Of a DNA stretch of 51,262 nucleotides, positions 16,090 to 26,765 are shown piece by piece (position 1 is the stretch's first letter; every line of letters begins with the position of its first letter). The position numbers were made by a program, and so were the translations under genes. The DNA is from Coriobacteriia bacterium. GTDB taxonomy: Bacteria; Actinomycetota; Coriobacteriia; Anaerosomatales; PALSA-660. Below the pieces are notes generated by a model. It was not told the DNA's origin, did no database searches, and saw only the letters and a list, made by a program, of their open reading frames with translations. The DNA is taken from positions 1-51,262 of the forward strand of contig JANYKZ010000077.1 of assembly GCA_025361505.1 (NCBI GenBank). Direction: 5' to 3'.

Positions 16090-16165
16090 GGTTCGACCGT
16101 GGAACGGTCAGAACGCGACGACGACCCCGCCCTCACGATGAGAGCGGGGCCGTGTTCTTCGCCCG

Positions 16166-16765
16166 TCAGTGAGCGACCGTGAGCCGTGCGAGCGCACCGA
16201 GCGCCACGCTGCGCACGCGGTCGATCGGATCGCTGAACCCCACGAGGGCCAGTGCCTCCGTGGCGTGAGGATCACCGAGCTGACCGAGCGCATCTGCCGC
16301 GTCGCGGCGAACGTCCGGCTCGCCATCCTTGAGCGCGTCGACGAGCGGCCCGTACGCGTCGTGCAGTCCGAGTGCGCCCAAGGCGCGCGCCGCGAGCTGG
16401 CGCTGTTCGGAGTCGCCGTCGCGAAGCTGCCGCGAGAGGCGCTCGCAGGCCTCCTGCGGAGCGGATCCGTCACCGAGCCGGGCGCGAGCGAGCGCCGCGG
16501 CGGCGGCGACGCAGGCCTCGGGGTCATCGGCCGCCGCGCGCAGGGACGGGATGATGCGTTCGTCGCCGATCACTCCGAGCGCGGTGGCCGCCGCGGAACG
16601 GATGGCCGGGTCGCCGCTGTGGAGGAGTCCGAGCAGTTCACCCACGAACCGCTCTCCGTCGCCACGCAGACCGTTGTGCGTGGCGATGCTGATCGCGGAT
16701 GCCGGGTCGGCCGGAAGGGAGCCGTGCGGCCATGGTTCTGCCGACGCGCGCGTGCCGACGTTCAT
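16166..16765 (-). CDS. HEAT/PBS-lyase repeat protein
   Basis: Repeated D..VR..AA.ALG.LGD units. Confidence 0.85.
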   Translation of the reverse strand: MNVGTRASAEPWPHGSLPADPASAISIATHNGLRGDGERFVGELLGLLHSGDPAIRSAAATALGVIGDERIIPSLRAAADDPEACVAAAAALARARLGDGSAPQEACERLSRQLRDGDSEQRQLAARALGALGLHDAYGPLVDALKDGEPDVRRDAADALGQLGDPHATEALALVGFSDPIDRVRSVALGALARLTVAH

Positions 16766-16972
16766 CGCTACCCCCTCGAACGTGGACGTGCTCTGCTGTG
16801 CCTACTTGCCCGTACGACGCGAAGCGAGCGCGCGGCCGTGGGATGATTCCGCTCAGTGGTAGGCGCTCCCGTCGCCCGGGGTGATTCGGATACCATGCGA
16901 TACGAGCCGGTCGGGGCGCGGTGGTCACGACGGGCGGTCGCGCGACGAGCAGGACTCCGAGAAGGGCAGCAG

Positions 16973-17977
16973 ATGACTCACGAGGCGTTCATACAGCGGC
17001 TCCCGAAGGTCGAGCTGCACGTGCACCTCGAAGGCACGCTCGAGCCGGAGATGGCGTTCGAGCTCGGTCGGCGCAACGGCGTCGCCCTCCCCTACGCTTC
17101 GGCGAACGAGATGCGTGCGGCCTACGACTTCTCCGACCTGCAGTCCTTCCTCGACATCTACTACGCCTCCTGCTCCGTGCTGCGCACTGAGCAGGACTTC
17201 TACGACCTCACCCGCGCCTACCTCGACAGGGCGATCGCGGACAACGTTCGCCACGTCGAGCCGTTCTTCGACCCGCAGACCCACACGGCTCGTGGCGTCG
17301 CCTACCACGACGTCGTGAGCGGCATCCGTCGCGCGCTCGACGAAGCGCTTGAGCGCGACGGGATCACCTCGAAGCTGATCATGTGCGTCCTGCGGGACCT
17401 CAGCGAGGACGAGGCGATGGCGGCCCTGCGGACAGCGCTCTCTGACGAGACGACGATCGACGGGATCGGGATGGACTCGACGGAGATCGGCAATCCGCCG
17501 ACGAAGTTCCACTCGCTCTACGCCTTCGCCCGCGCCGCCGGCCTTCGCGCCGTCGCGCACGCGGGAGAGGAGGGCCCCGCGTCGTACATCAGGGACTCCA
17601 TCGACCTGCTGGGAGCGGAGCGCATCGACCACGGCGTCCGCTGCGGCGAGGACCCGGCCCTCGTGGGACGCCTTATCCGCGACCGGATATGCCTGACCAT
17701 CTGCCCACTGAGCAACGTCGCCCTGCGCGTGGTCGAGTCGATCGAGGACCACCCGCTGCGCGAGATGCTCGAGGTCGGTCTCGCGGTGACGGTGAACTCC
17801 GACGACCCGGCGTACTTCCGCGGCTACATCGGCGACAACTACCGCGCCGTGACCGACGCTCTCGAACTGACCGAGGACCACCTCGCCGAGCTGGCCTTCA
17901 ACGCGATCGTCGGCTCGTTCGCGGATGACGAGCGCAAGATCGAGCTGCTCGGCGAGCTCAACGCCGTGACCGGGTAG
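16973..17977 (+). CDS. Adenosine/adenine deaminase
   Basis: LPKVELHVHLEG, FFDPQTH, AHAGEE, RIDHG, CPLSN, NSDDPAYF. Confidence 0.95.
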   Translation: MTHEAFIQRLPKVELHVHLEGTLEPEMAFELGRRNGVALPYASANEMRAAYDFSDLQSFLDIYYASCSVLRTEQDFYDLTRAYLDRAIADNVRHVEPFFDPQTHTARGVAYHDVVSGIRRALDEALERDGITSKLIMCVLRDLSEDEAMAALRTALSDETTIDGIGMDSTEIGNPPTKFHSLYAFARAAGLRAVAHAGEEGPASYIRDSIDLLGAERIDHGVRCGEDPALVGRLIRDRICLTICPLSNVALRVVESIEDHPLREMLEVGLAVTVNSDDPAYFRGYIGDNYRAVTDALELTEDHLAELAFNAIVGSFADDERKIELLGELNAVTG

Positions 17978-17982
17978 ACCTC

Positions 17983-18543
17983 TCAGCCACGCCCCATCGC
18001 GTCGAGCAGGTTCAGGATCTGGCAGCTCGCTTCGAGGCAGGAGACGGCCTGATAGGCGTCCTCCAGCGATTCCCCGCGCGCGAAGGGCCCGTGTCCCCGC
18101 AGGACCGCCACCCGCCGCGCCATGAGCGCCGCCGCCAGCTTCTCCCCCGCTTCAGGCGAACCGATCGACTCAGCGGACGTCACCACGGGCACATCGGTCA
18201 GCCGCGCCTTCGACTCGGAGTCCGGCGGGACTATGACGTCCTCGAACAGCGAACGCGCGACCGTGTGGATGGCGTGCGCGTGCACGATCGCGTGGGCGTG
18301 CGTCGCGGCGTAGATGGCGCGGTGGACGACCAGTTCGACCGAGCAGCCCTCGTCGCGCGGGTCGCCGCAGGCCGAAAGCGTCGTCTCGATGATGTCGGCC
18401 TCAGTGAGACGCCCGATCATCGAGCCGGTCCGCGTGATGAGCATGCGCTCGTCGTCGAGACGGACCGACAGGTTCCCCCCGTGGCTCGAGACCGCTCCCG
18501 ACGCGTAGAGGTCCCTGCCGACCCATGCGAACTGCTCGAACAT
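17983..18543 (-). CDS. Class II aldolase/adducin family (fuculose-1-phosphate aldolase-like)
   Basis: GGNLSVR, SVELVVHRAIY, AIVHAH, LRGHG. Confidence 0.9.
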   Translation of the reverse strand: MFEQFAWVGRDLYASGAVSSHGGNLSVRLDDERMLITRTGSMIGRLTEADIIETTLSACGDPRDEGCSVELVVHRAIYAATHAHAIVHAHAIHTVARSLFEDVIVPPDSESKARLTDVPVVTSAESIGSPEAGEKLAAALMARRVAVLRGHGPFARGESLEDAYQAVSCLEASCQILNLLDAMGRG

Positions 18544-18572
18544 GCCGTGGACACCTTTCGACGGGGGTCGGG

Positions 18573-19100
18573 CTAGGGCCTGATGGTGTCGATCATCTCG
18601 TCGTATCGTACGCGGACCGGCACCGAGACCTCGACACCGCCGACGTAGTAGGGCTTGTCCGGACTGGCGTCGAAACGGGCGGCGTCGAACTCGAAGCGGC
18701 CCGGAACGCCACGGTCGGCCTGTAGCACGACCAAGACGTCCTGCGTGAGCCGAACGCCCGGATCCAGCGGGACCCTGATGTCCCGGGACTCGCCGGCGGG
18801 CACCTGCACGTAGCCGACCGGCGGGCCTGTCGCGACACCGCTCGAGCCCGCGCCGGCCATGGGGTCGGCGCTCACCAGGTACACGGCCACCCACGATCGG
18901 TCGGGCGCGACGACGCGGTCGACGAGCAGCGTCCCCCGCGCTCCGAACTGCCCGGTCGCTTCGACGGACGCACCTCCGGACGCGACGACCACACCGATCA
19001 TGGGAGCGGTGCGCGACGCCCCGGCGACCGCGAGGGCGATCAAGCCCACGGCGAGACCGATCGCCAGAACGGTTCCGATGACGGTCAGCAACCGCCTCAC
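18573..19100 (-). CDS. Membrane-anchored or secreted protein with one DUF7282-like beta domain
   Basis: N-terminal TM; VVAP..SWVAVY...ADRG...FEFD...SPDKPY shared with 19097-20065 and 33848-34684. Family name from memory. Confidence 0.8.
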   Translation of the reverse strand: MRRLLTVIGTVLAIGLAVGLIALAVAGASRTAPMIGVVVASGGASVEATGQFGARGTLLVDRVVAPDRSWVAVYLVSADPMAGAGSSGVATGPPVGYVQVPAGESRDIRVPLDPGVRLTQDVLVVLQADRGVPGRFEFDAARFDASPDKPYYVGGVEVSVPVRVRYDEMIDTIRP

Positions 19101-20065
19101 GGGCCGGACATCCCGCCGCCACCACCGGTGCCGGCCATGTTGTCGGCGCCCATGCCGTAGGCCCGCGTGAAGACCGCCTTCGAGACCTCGGCCCCGCCGA
19201 CGACGTACGGCTTGTCGGGTCCCGCGGCCGGATCGGAGGGGTCGAACTCGAAGACCGATGGCGCGCCGAGATCCGCCTGCAGCGCGATGAGTACCTTCTG
19301 CGTGAGCTCCCCACCCGCGTCGACGGGCACGACGACCCCGAGCGTCTCGCCCTTCCCCACCCGGACGGCCCCGACGCGCCGGGTCGGGGCGCCGTCATCG
19401 CCGACGAGGTACACGGCGACCCAGGAATCGGCCGGTGCGACCACGCGGTCCACGACGAGTTCGTTGATGACCGTGAGCCGGTCGGCCACCTCGATCGACG
19501 CTGAACCGGCGGGTGCGACGATCCCGGAGGTCCCGCCCGTCTGCGCAGGCGCTTCGAGCCCGGCGACGGTGGTGTCCTTGACGAGGGCGACCTGCGCGAA
19601 CGCGCCGCCGACGGTGTAGGGCTTGTCCGGGCTGGCATCGAACCTCGTCGCATCGAACTCGAACCGCCCGCGGATCCCGCGGTCCGCGTTGAGCACGAGC
19701 ACGAACTTCTGGCTCAACGCCACGTGTCCCTGCAGCGGCACGGTCACGTTGAGGGACTCACCGGCGCGCACCGGGGCCGCGCCCACGAAGGCGCCGGGTG
19801 TCCCACCGGGTCCCGCGAGGTACGCGACGACCCAGGAGTCGTCCGGCGCCACGACGCGACGCACGACCAGCGCGCCCGCGGGCCCGATCTGGTCCGTCGC
19901 CTCGATCGAAGCGGTGCCCGCCGAGGTCACCACGCCCACCATCGGTTGCTCCGTGCGCGTCGACGCGTACGAGACCCACGCGACCGCGGCCACCACGACG
20001 ATCGCCGCCAGGATGCCGGCTATGCGAAGCACGCGTGAGAGCACGACGGCCTTCCCCAAGGACAC
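19097..20065 (-). CDS. Membrane-anchored protein with two DUF7282-like domains
   Basis: Two internal copies of the same domain; start approximate. Confidence 0.8.
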   Translation of the reverse strand: MSLGKAVVLSRVLRIAGILAAIVVVAAVAWVSYASTRTEQPMVGVVTSAGTASIEATDQIGPAGALVVRRVVAPDDSWVVAYLAGPGGTPGAFVGAAPVRAGESLNVTVPLQGHVALSQKFVLVLNADRGIRGRFEFDATRFDASPDKPYTVGGAFAQVALVKDTTVAGLEAPAQTGGTSGIVAPAGSASIEVADRLTVINELVVDRVVAPADSWVAVYLVGDDGAPTRRVGAVRVGKGETLGVVVPVDAGGELTQKVLIALQADLGAPSVFEFDPSDPAAGPDKPYVVGGAEVSKAVFTRAYGMGADNMAGTGGGGGMSGP

Positions 20066-20104
20066 TGCGACGCTGTCGGCCTGATTGTAGCGGTCGCGCC
20101 GGGC

Positions 20105-20665
20105 CTACTGGACGGTGATCGTCGCGGCGTTCATCCCCATGGCGCACGTGAACTTGTAGACGCCCGGCTTCAGCGAGCCCAGGTCGATCGTGGCCATCCC
20201 GGTCGCGGTCAGGTCCGCGCTTTTGCCGAGCGACTTGAAGGTCGGCTTCGCCAGACAGCCCTTGGCCTTGCCGGTGAACACGACCTGCGTCGGGATACCG
20301 GCCTGTGCGGTGATCACGTTCGGCGCGTAGGTGCCGTTCACGAGCGCCACCTCGATCACCTGGACCCCACTCTTCACGGTGGCCGTGCCCTCGAACTTGG
20401 CAGGCATACCCTTGCCGGAGCACACGGCGCAGACCTGGACTTCGGACACCGACGTCGCGGTGCCGACGGCGCTCGGCGGGGCCGGCGCGACGGCGGCCGG
20501 CGGCGATGCGGGTGTCGGCTTGCTCGCGCTCGGCGTGCCTGCGCAGGCCGAGAGCAACACGGCGGTCGCGACAAGGGCGACGGAGAGAACGGTCGAGCGA
20601 CGGGCGCGCGCGGTCAGGAATCCGGGAAGCAGCACGGGGGTCCCCCTCAGGTCCGTGTGGAACAT
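20105..20665 (-). CDS. Cupredoxin-like domain lipoprotein
   Basis: Lipobox LSAC; CAVC; YAPNVI; GC; YKFTCAMGM. Start uncertain. Confidence 0.8.
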   Translation of the reverse strand: MFHTDLRGTPVLLPGFLTARARRSTVLSVALVATAVLLSACAGTPSASKPTPASPPAAVAPAPPSAVGTATSVSEVQVCAVCSGKGMPAKFEGTATVKSGVQVIEVALVNGTYAPNVITAQAGIPTQVVFTGKAKGCLAKPTFKSLGKSADLTATGMATIDLGSLKPGVYKFTCAMGMNAATITVQ

Positions 20666-20842
20666 ATCTCCAGCAGTTTACCCCACTCGTTCGCGGCCTA
20701 ACGAACTACCGGTCCCGGCGCCCGACCAACGGCGCGCTCACGCGCTAGAGCACGCGGTGACGCATGTCGGCCGGAGCGTTCGCGTGCCGGGTGTAGAGTT
20801 GTCGCCGACAGGCTCGCCACGTCCTGACCCGGAAGGGCCCCG

Positions 20843-21532
20843 ATGTCCGACGCACCGCGCGCTCCGCAGGCTTCGACCCTGCGCCTCTCCCGATACCACT
20901 GCTTCCTGGGCGAACTGATCCGCTCCGATGATGCACCTCGGATCAGATCGCGGGAGATGGCCGAGGAACTCGGCGTCAGCGAGGAGACCGTCCGGAGGGA
21001 CCTCTCCTACGTGGATGTGGAGGGGCGCCCCGGCGCCGGATACGACCCCTCGGAGCTCTACCTCGCGCTCGAGTCGTACCTCGGGCTGAGCGCCTCGTTC
21101 CCCTTCGTGGCGATCGGCGACCGCGACATGCTCGGGTCGCTCGCCACGATCTTCCCCGCCGAGGAGTTCGGGCTCGAGGCGGAGGCGTACTTCTCGGTGA
21201 GGCCCGAAGACGACGGCGCGGCCGTCGGCGGGGTGCCCGTCTACGCGCTGGCCGACCTTCCGTCAGTGGCCGAACGCCTGTCCGCCAAGGTCGCGGTAGT
21301 CGCATGCGTCCCGTCCAGCGTGCAGGACGCTCTCGCCCGACTCGACGAGGCCGGCATCCGGTCGGTGCTCATGCTGACCCCGACGCTGCGGCCGGTGCAT
21401 CCCGAGGGCATGGACGTCACCTATTTCCGCATCCCGTGCGCACTCAAGGCCCTGGCCGGCGCGGTGCCGCATGCCGCACCGTGCTGCACGACCTCCGGGT
21501 GCTCGGCCGAACGCGAGCGCGCCGGAGTCTAG
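20843..21532 (+). CDS. Rex-like transcriptional regulator (winged HTH plus divergent CoA-binding-like domain)
   Basis: TLRLSRY, IRSREMAEELGVSEETVRRDLSY, GRPGAGY; VACVP...GIRSVL. Confidence 0.8.
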   Translation: MSDAPRAPQASTLRLSRYHCFLGELIRSDDAPRIRSREMAEELGVSEETVRRDLSYVDVEGRPGAGYDPSELYLALESYLGLSASFPFVAIGDRDMLGSLATIFPAEEFGLEAEAYFSVRPEDDGAAVGGVPVYALADLPSVAERLSAKVAVVACVPSSVQDALARLDEAGIRSVLMLTPTLRPVHPEGMDVTYFRIPCALKALAGAVPHAAPCCTTSGCSAERERAGV

Positions 21533-21577
21533 GCCGCGACCCGCTCGCCCCGTCTCGACGCGAAGGGATGTGCGACC

Positions 21578-24500
21578 CTACGCTGCCTTTGCGGCGGCGC
21601 GTGCCGCCGCCAGCGACGGCCTGAACCGACGCAGCAGCAGCGAGCTCGTGACGACGCTCACGCTGGAGAACGCCATGGCGGCGCCGGCGATCCACGGGAA
21701 CTGCGACAGCAGGCCGACCGCGGCGACCGGGATGCCGAGGGTGTTGTAGCCGAGCGCCCAGAAGAAGTTCTGGTGGATCTTGCGCATGGTGGCGCGGGAC
21801 AGCTCGATCGCCGTCACGACGTCGCGCAGGTCGTTCTTGATGAGCACGATGCCGCCGGTCTCCATGGCGACGTCGGTGCCCGCGCCCATGGCGATGCCCA
21901 CGTCGGCCTTCGCGAGCGCCGGAGTGTCGTTGATGCCGTCGCCGACCATGGCGACGACCAGGCCCTTGTCCTGCAGCTTGGCGACCTCTTCGGCCTTGTT
22001 CTCCGGAAGCACTTCGGCCAGCACGTTCTCGGGCCTGATGCCGGCCTGGGAGGCGATGGCCTCGGCGGTCCGCCGGTTGTCGCCGGTGATCATGTAGACC
22101 GCGACGCCCATCTTCGACAGGCGCTCCACGGCCTCCTTGGAGTTGTCCTTGAGCGTATCGGCCACGGCGATGATCCCGGCCAGCTTCGCGCCGTTGACGC
22201 CGACGAGCATGACAGTCTTGCCCTGCCCCTCGAGCTCAGCGATCCGGTCCTCGAAGCGGGAGATGTCGATGCCCTCGCGGACCATCAGCCGCCGGTTGCC
22301 GAACGCGACCTTCGTGCCGCCGACCGTGCCCTCGACGCCGTGCCCGGGAACGGCCGCGAAGCCTTCGACGTCCGGGACGTCGATACCGTCGGCCTTGGCG
22401 CGCGCCATGATCGCCTCGGCCAAGGGGTGCTCGGAGTTGCGCTCCAGCGCCGCCGCGAAGGTGAACACGCGGGTCGTGTCGTGGCCCTCGGCCAACTCGA
22501 CGTCGGTGACGACGGGCTTGCCGTAGGTCAGCGTCCCGGTCTTGTCGAACACGATCGCCTTGATCTTGTAGGCGGTCTCCAGAGCGTCGCCGCTCTTGAT
22601 CAGGATGCCGTTCTCGGCGCCCTTGCCTGTGCCGACCATGATGGCCGTCGGCGTGGCGAGTCCGAGCGCGCACGGGCACGCGATTACGACCACCGCGATC
22701 CCGGCGAGCAGCGCCGCCACCCACCAACCGCTTGTCGCGGCCGCTGTCAGGATCGGGGCCAGCAACGGGAATGCGCCGGCGGGATCCGGATGAGCGCCGA
22801 ACATCAATGGGCCGGCGAACAACCAGAACAGGAAGGTCAGGAGCGCCGCGCTCACGACGGCGGGGACGAACACCGACGAGATGCGGTCCGCGAAGCGCTG
22901 CACGGGTGCCTTGGAACCCTGCGCCTCCTCGACGAGCCTCACGATCTGCGCCAGCGCGGTGTCGCGGCCGACCTTCGTGGCGCGGAAGCGCAGCGAGCCG
23001 AGCTTGTTCATGGTCGCGCCGATCACGGTGTCGCCGACGTTCTTCTCGACGGGGATGGACTCACCGGTGAGCATCGACTCGTCGACGCTGCTGTGACCCT
23101 CGATGACCAGACCGTCGATGGGGACCTTCTCACCCGGACGGACGACGACGAGGTCACCGGCCACGACCCGCTCGGACGGGATGTCGATCTCCACGCCGTC
23201 GCGCACGACGCGCGCGGTCTTGGCCGCCAGCCCCATGAGCTTCTTGATCGCGTCGCCCGTGCGTCCCTTCGCGCGGGCCTCGAGCAGCTTGCCCAGGATC
23301 ACGAAGGTGAGCAGCAGCGCGGAGGTCTCGAAGAAGACCGGCTCGCCCTGCAACTGCGGGATGAACGTGGCCGCGACGCTGTAGAAGTACGCGGCCGACG
23401 TGCCGATGGCGATCAGGGTGTCCATGTTGCCGCTCCGGCGCTTGAGCGCGTGCCAGAAGCCGCGATAGAACTGGGCGCCGGCGATGATCTGGACCGGCGT
23501 GACGAGGGCGAAGGCCATGTAGCGGCCGACCATCATCGGGTCCCAGGCGCCCCCGACGGTGGTGGCGAGCCAGCCCGCGACCGCGGCCGGGACCGCCGTC
23601 ATGAACGGCGGGACCATCGAGATCAGGAAGGCCGGGACGGCCAGCACCAGGGAGAACACGAACAGGCGGCGCTCGTGGAGCCAGTGGGCACGCTGCGCCT
23701 CACGCTGCGCGTCGTTGGGGTCCTCGCCCGCGACGGTTGCCTCGACGCGGAGCATCGCGTCGTACCCGGCGCCCCGCACTGCGCCGATGAGCGCGTCGAT
23801 GCCGAGGACGGTGGGATCGAAGGTGATGGTCGCGGTCTCGTTCGCGAGGTTGACGCTCGCCGAGGCGACGCCCTCCAGGTGATCGAGGGTCTTCTCGATG
23901 ACGGCGGAACACGATGCGCAGGTCATCCCGAGGATGCCGAGCGTGACGGTCGCCATGGTGGTGGCCGAGGGTGACGATGCGGTCGCGGCCACGCCGGACT
24001 CGAGCGGAAGGGCCCCGTAGCCGGCGCGCTTGACGGCGTCGATGATGCCGGCCTCGTCGAGCGCGGCCGGATCGTAGGAGACGGACAGGCGCTCCATGGC
24101 GAGGTTGACGTTGGCGGTGCCGACGCCCGGCAGCTTGCCGACGACCTTCTCGACGACGGCCGAGCACGAGGCGCAGGTCATGCCGGTGATACCGAAGGTG
24201 GCATCGCGCAGCGCGGGAGCGGACTCGGTGGCCCGTGCGGGCACGAGCGGGGCCGGCTCGTCCGGCGGCATGATGGGGCATGCGGCGGCGGACTCTACGG
24301 GAGCGAGCGCCACGACGTCCGGTGCGGGCACGGGCAGCGCGCCCGGCTCGAGCACGAACGGCTCGCCCGGCCGGAAGCCGGCCGCGACGACGGCGGCGGC
24401 GAGGGCGTCCAGCGAGATGTCGCCGGGGGCGAGTGTGATATCGACGAACCCCGCAGCGGCGTCGGCGGTCACCGACTCGACCCCCGGTACGTCACCGATC

Positions 24501-24583
24501 GTGCCGGACACGAGCTTCTCGCACGCGTGGCAGTGCATCCCCGTGACACTGAGGCGCACCGTCCGGTCCAGATCGTTCGTCAT
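21578..24583 (-). CDS. copA: Cu(I)-translocating P1B-1 ATPase with three HMA domains
   Basis: GMHCHAC, GMTCASC twice, TGES, CPC, DKTGT, SEHP, GDGIND, YN, MAFSS. Confidence 0.95.
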   Translation of the reverse strand: MTNDLDRTVRLSVTGMHCHACEKLVSGTIGDVPGVESVTADAAAGFVDITLAPGDISLDALAAAVVAAGFRPGEPFVLEPGALPVPAPDVVALAPVESAAACPIMPPDEPAPLVPARATESAPALRDATFGITGMTCASCSAVVEKVVGKLPGVGTANVNLAMERLSVSYDPAALDEAGIIDAVKRAGYGALPLESGVAATASSPSATTMATVTLGILGMTCASCSAVIEKTLDHLEGVASASVNLANETATITFDPTVLGIDALIGAVRGAGYDAMLRVEATVAGEDPNDAQREAQRAHWLHERRLFVFSLVLAVPAFLISMVPPFMTAVPAAVAGWLATTVGGAWDPMMVGRYMAFALVTPVQIIAGAQFYRGFWHALKRRSGNMDTLIAIGTSAAYFYSVAATFIPQLQGEPVFFETSALLLTFVILGKLLEARAKGRTGDAIKKLMGLAAKTARVVRDGVEIDIPSERVVAGDLVVVRPGEKVPIDGLVIEGHSSVDESMLTGESIPVEKNVGDTVIGATMNKLGSLRFRATKVGRDTALAQIVRLVEEAQGSKAPVQRFADRISSVFVPAVVSAALLTFLFWLFAGPLMFGAHPDPAGAFPLLAPILTAAATSGWWVAALLAGIAVVVIACPCALGLATPTAIMVGTGKGAENGILIKSGDALETAYKIKAIVFDKTGTLTYGKPVVTDVELAEGHDTTRVFTFAAALERNSEHPLAEAIMARAKADGIDVPDVEGFAAVPGHGVEGTVGGTKVAFGNRRLMVREGIDISRFEDRIAELEGQGKTVMLVGVNGAKLAGIIAVADTLKDNSKEAVERLSKMGVAVYMITGDNRRTAEAIASQAGIRPENVLAEVLPENKAEEVAKLQDKGLVVAMVGDGINDTPALAKADVGIAMGAGTDVAMETGGIVLIKNDLRDVVTAIELSRATMRKIHQNFFWALGYNTLGIPVAAVGLLSQFPWIAGAAMAFSSVSVVTSSLLLRRFRPSLAAARAAAKAA

Positions 24584-24692
24584 GGTTTGGTCCCGCCTGG
24601 CGTCGTAGCGAACCCATGGGCGTCCGCGCTCGTTTGCACGCTTGCAGCGTAGCGCATGGCGCGAGCGCGGGTTCCGGCGTACCTCGCGCCGT

Positions 24693-25787
24693 TCAGGGCG
24701 CGAGGGGCACGGAGAACCCCACGATCGCTCCTCCGTCGTGGTTGCGCGCAAACACGGTGCCACCGTGATCCTCGACGATCCGGCGTGAGACGGCGAGCCC
24801 TATGCCGCTGCCGCCCGTGTCGCGTGCCCGCGCCGTGTCCGCGCGGTAGAAGCGTTCGAACACGAACGGAAGGTCGGCCTCAGGGATCCCCTCGCCGCTG
24901 TCCACGACCTCCACGATCGCGCGCTCGTCCGATCGTTGGCATCTCACCAGGATCGTGCCCGCATCGGTGTGGCGAAGCGCGTTGTCGACGAGGTTGCGCA
25001 GCACCTGAGCGAGGCGGCCTTCATCTCCGATCACGGCGAGCGCCTCGGAGCACTCCGCCGCGACCTCCACGTCGGCGCCCGCGCGTGCCCGGGCACGCGT
25101 GACTTCCGCGTCGATGATCGGGGCCACCAGGAGGCGCTCCATCCGGTAGGTCAACCGTCCCGCATCGGCCGCCGACAGTTCCTGAAGATCGTCGACGAGA
25201 CGCGAGAGGTGCTGCGTGTCCTCCACGAGCGAGGTCAGGCGTTTCGGGTCAGGGGCTAGAACGCCCTCGGCGATCCCTTCCGCCTGCGCTCGGAGCGACG
25301 CGACCGGGTTGCGCAGTTCGTGGGCTACGTCGGCCACGAGCCTGCGCCTCAGCCCCTCGGACCGGGCAAGCGACACGGCCATCGCGTTGAACGCCTCCCC
25401 GAGCCGGCTGACCTCGAGGGGACCGCCGGTATCGACACGGTACGTCAGGTCGCCGGCAGCGACCTGCTTCGCAGCCGACGTGAGACGCTTGAGGGGACGT
25501 GTGAGGTAGTAGGCGCCTGCGGCCGCGACCACCCCCGCGAGTCCGATCGCCAGCAGCGCGCCGAGAAGGATGCCCCTGTCGACCGCCGCGAGGAACGCCT
25601 GTTCCGGCACACCCATCATGCCGCCGGCGCCCATCATGCCGCGCCCCATGCCGACGGGCAGAGTCTGCAGGTAGGCGCCGAACGCGGACGAGATCTCCGC
25701 GCGCGTGAATATCCCGGCGATGCCGACGGACAGCAACGCCACGACGACCATCGCGAGGAACGCGTACACCAGAAGAGAACGCTTCAC
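24693..25787 (-). CDS. Membrane sensor histidine kinase (HAMP; BaeS/CopS-like)
   Basis: Two TM helices with a Met-rich loop, [31 protein letters not shown]. Confidence 0.93.
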   Translation of the reverse strand: MKRSLLVYAFLAMVVVALLSVGIAGIFTRAEISSAFGAYLQTLPVGMGRGMMGAGGMMGVPEQAFLAAVDRGILLGALLAIGLAGVVAAAGAYYLTRPLKRLTSAAKQVAAGDLTYRVDTGGPLEVSRLGEAFNAMAVSLARSEGLRRRLVADVAHELRNPVASLRAQAEGIAEGVLAPDPKRLTSLVEDTQHLSRLVDDLQELSAADAGRLTYRMERLLVAPIIDAEVTRARARAGADVEVAAECSEALAVIGDEGRLAQVLRNLVDNALRHTDAGTILVRCQRSDERAIVEVVDSGEGIPEADLPFVFERFYRADTARARDTGGSGIGLAVSRRIVEDHGGTVFARNHDGGAIVGFSVPLAP

Positions 25788-26476
25788 GGGCGCGCCTCGA
25801 CTTTGTAGCCCACGCCGAAGACCGTCTGCACGTAGCGCGGGTCCTTCGAATCGTCCCCGAGCTTCCGCCGAAGGTTCTTCACGTGCGCGTCCATCGTGCG
25901 CTCGTAGCCCTCGTACGCGACCCCCTGGGCGGCCTCCATGAGCTGCATCCGGCTGTAGACGCGACCCGGGTGTGCGACGAGGGTCGCCAGGATGTCGAAC
26001 TCCGTGCGAGTCAGAGGGATCGGCACGCCGGCGGCGCGCACGACTCGGCCGCCCCGGTCGATCTCGAGGTCGCCCAGGCTCAGGACCTTCGCGGGCTCCG
26101 CCGCTTCGGCGCGCTCCGCTCGCCGAAGGACCGCCTTAACGCGCGCCACGACCTCGCGCGGGCTGAACGGTTTGCTGATGTAGTCGTCCGCTCCGACCTC
26201 GAGTCCGATCAGACGGTCGATCTCCTCGGTCCGGGCGGTGACCAGGATGACGGGGAGATCGTAGTCGCGCTGGAATCGGCGCGTCAGTTCGATGCCGTCG
26301 ATGCCCGGCAACATGATGTCGAGCAGTGCGAGGTCGGGGCGCGCGGACTCGGCGACGGCTACCGCTTCGGGGCCGTCGGCGGCCGTGACGACGTCGAACC
26401 CCTCCTTGCGCAGGTAGGCGGTCAGTACTTCAACGATCTTCGGGTTGTCGTCGACCACGAGGATGCTCTTGGCCAC
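25784..26476 (-). CDS. OmpR-family response regulator
   Basis: VVDD, LDIMLP, GADDYISKPF, LTRTEF, TVFGVGY. Confidence 0.95.
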   Translation of the reverse strand: MAKSILVVDDNPKIVEVLTAYLRKEGFDVVTAADGPEAVAVAESARPDLALLDIMLPGIDGIELTRRFQRDYDLPVILVTARTEEIDRLIGLEVGADDYISKPFSPREVVARVKAVLRRAERAEAAEPAKVLSLGDLEIDRGGRVVRAAGVPIPLTRTEFDILATLVAHPGRVYSRMQLMEAAQGVAYEGYERTMDAHVKNLRRKLGDDSKDPRYVQTVFGVGYKVEARP

Positions 26477-26659
26477 CGCGCGCTCCTCTCAGGGTTCGTC
26501 GCCTCCATTGTGCCCCATGCCACGGCGGCCTCGTCCCAGCCGGCCCGGCGTGCCCGCACCGGCAGTATCGCGAGCCCGTGTGAAGCGCGTGTGAATGTGC
26601 GAGGGCAGTCGACGCTCGATCGGGTCACGAGTCGCTCCGGCGCGCAGGACTTGGGCACC

Positions 26660-26697
26660 TTCACGCAACGTTCACGACCGGTTCGCCTCACCTTCAC
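26660..26697 (+). promoter_or_regulatory. Tandem OmpR-type binding boxes
   Basis: TTCAC/TTCAC/TTCGC/TTCAC at 26660, 26671, 26682 and 26693 (11-bp period), followed by GATAGT at 26708. Confidence 0.65.
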
Positions 26698-26765
26698 CCG
26701 AGCACGGGATAGTGGGTTCGAGACAAGAACCCGACGGCCTTCAGGGCCGAGAACAGGAGAGCGAC

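Noticed and set aside
16004-16160. tRNA-Leu as the attachment site of a copper genomic island
   Set aside because: No integrase nearby, and I saw no duplicate of the tRNA 3' end.
17983-19653. 556-aa ORF as a fusion protein
   Set aside because: Only the last 186 aa are aldolase; the rest is an off-frame shadow of 18573-20065.
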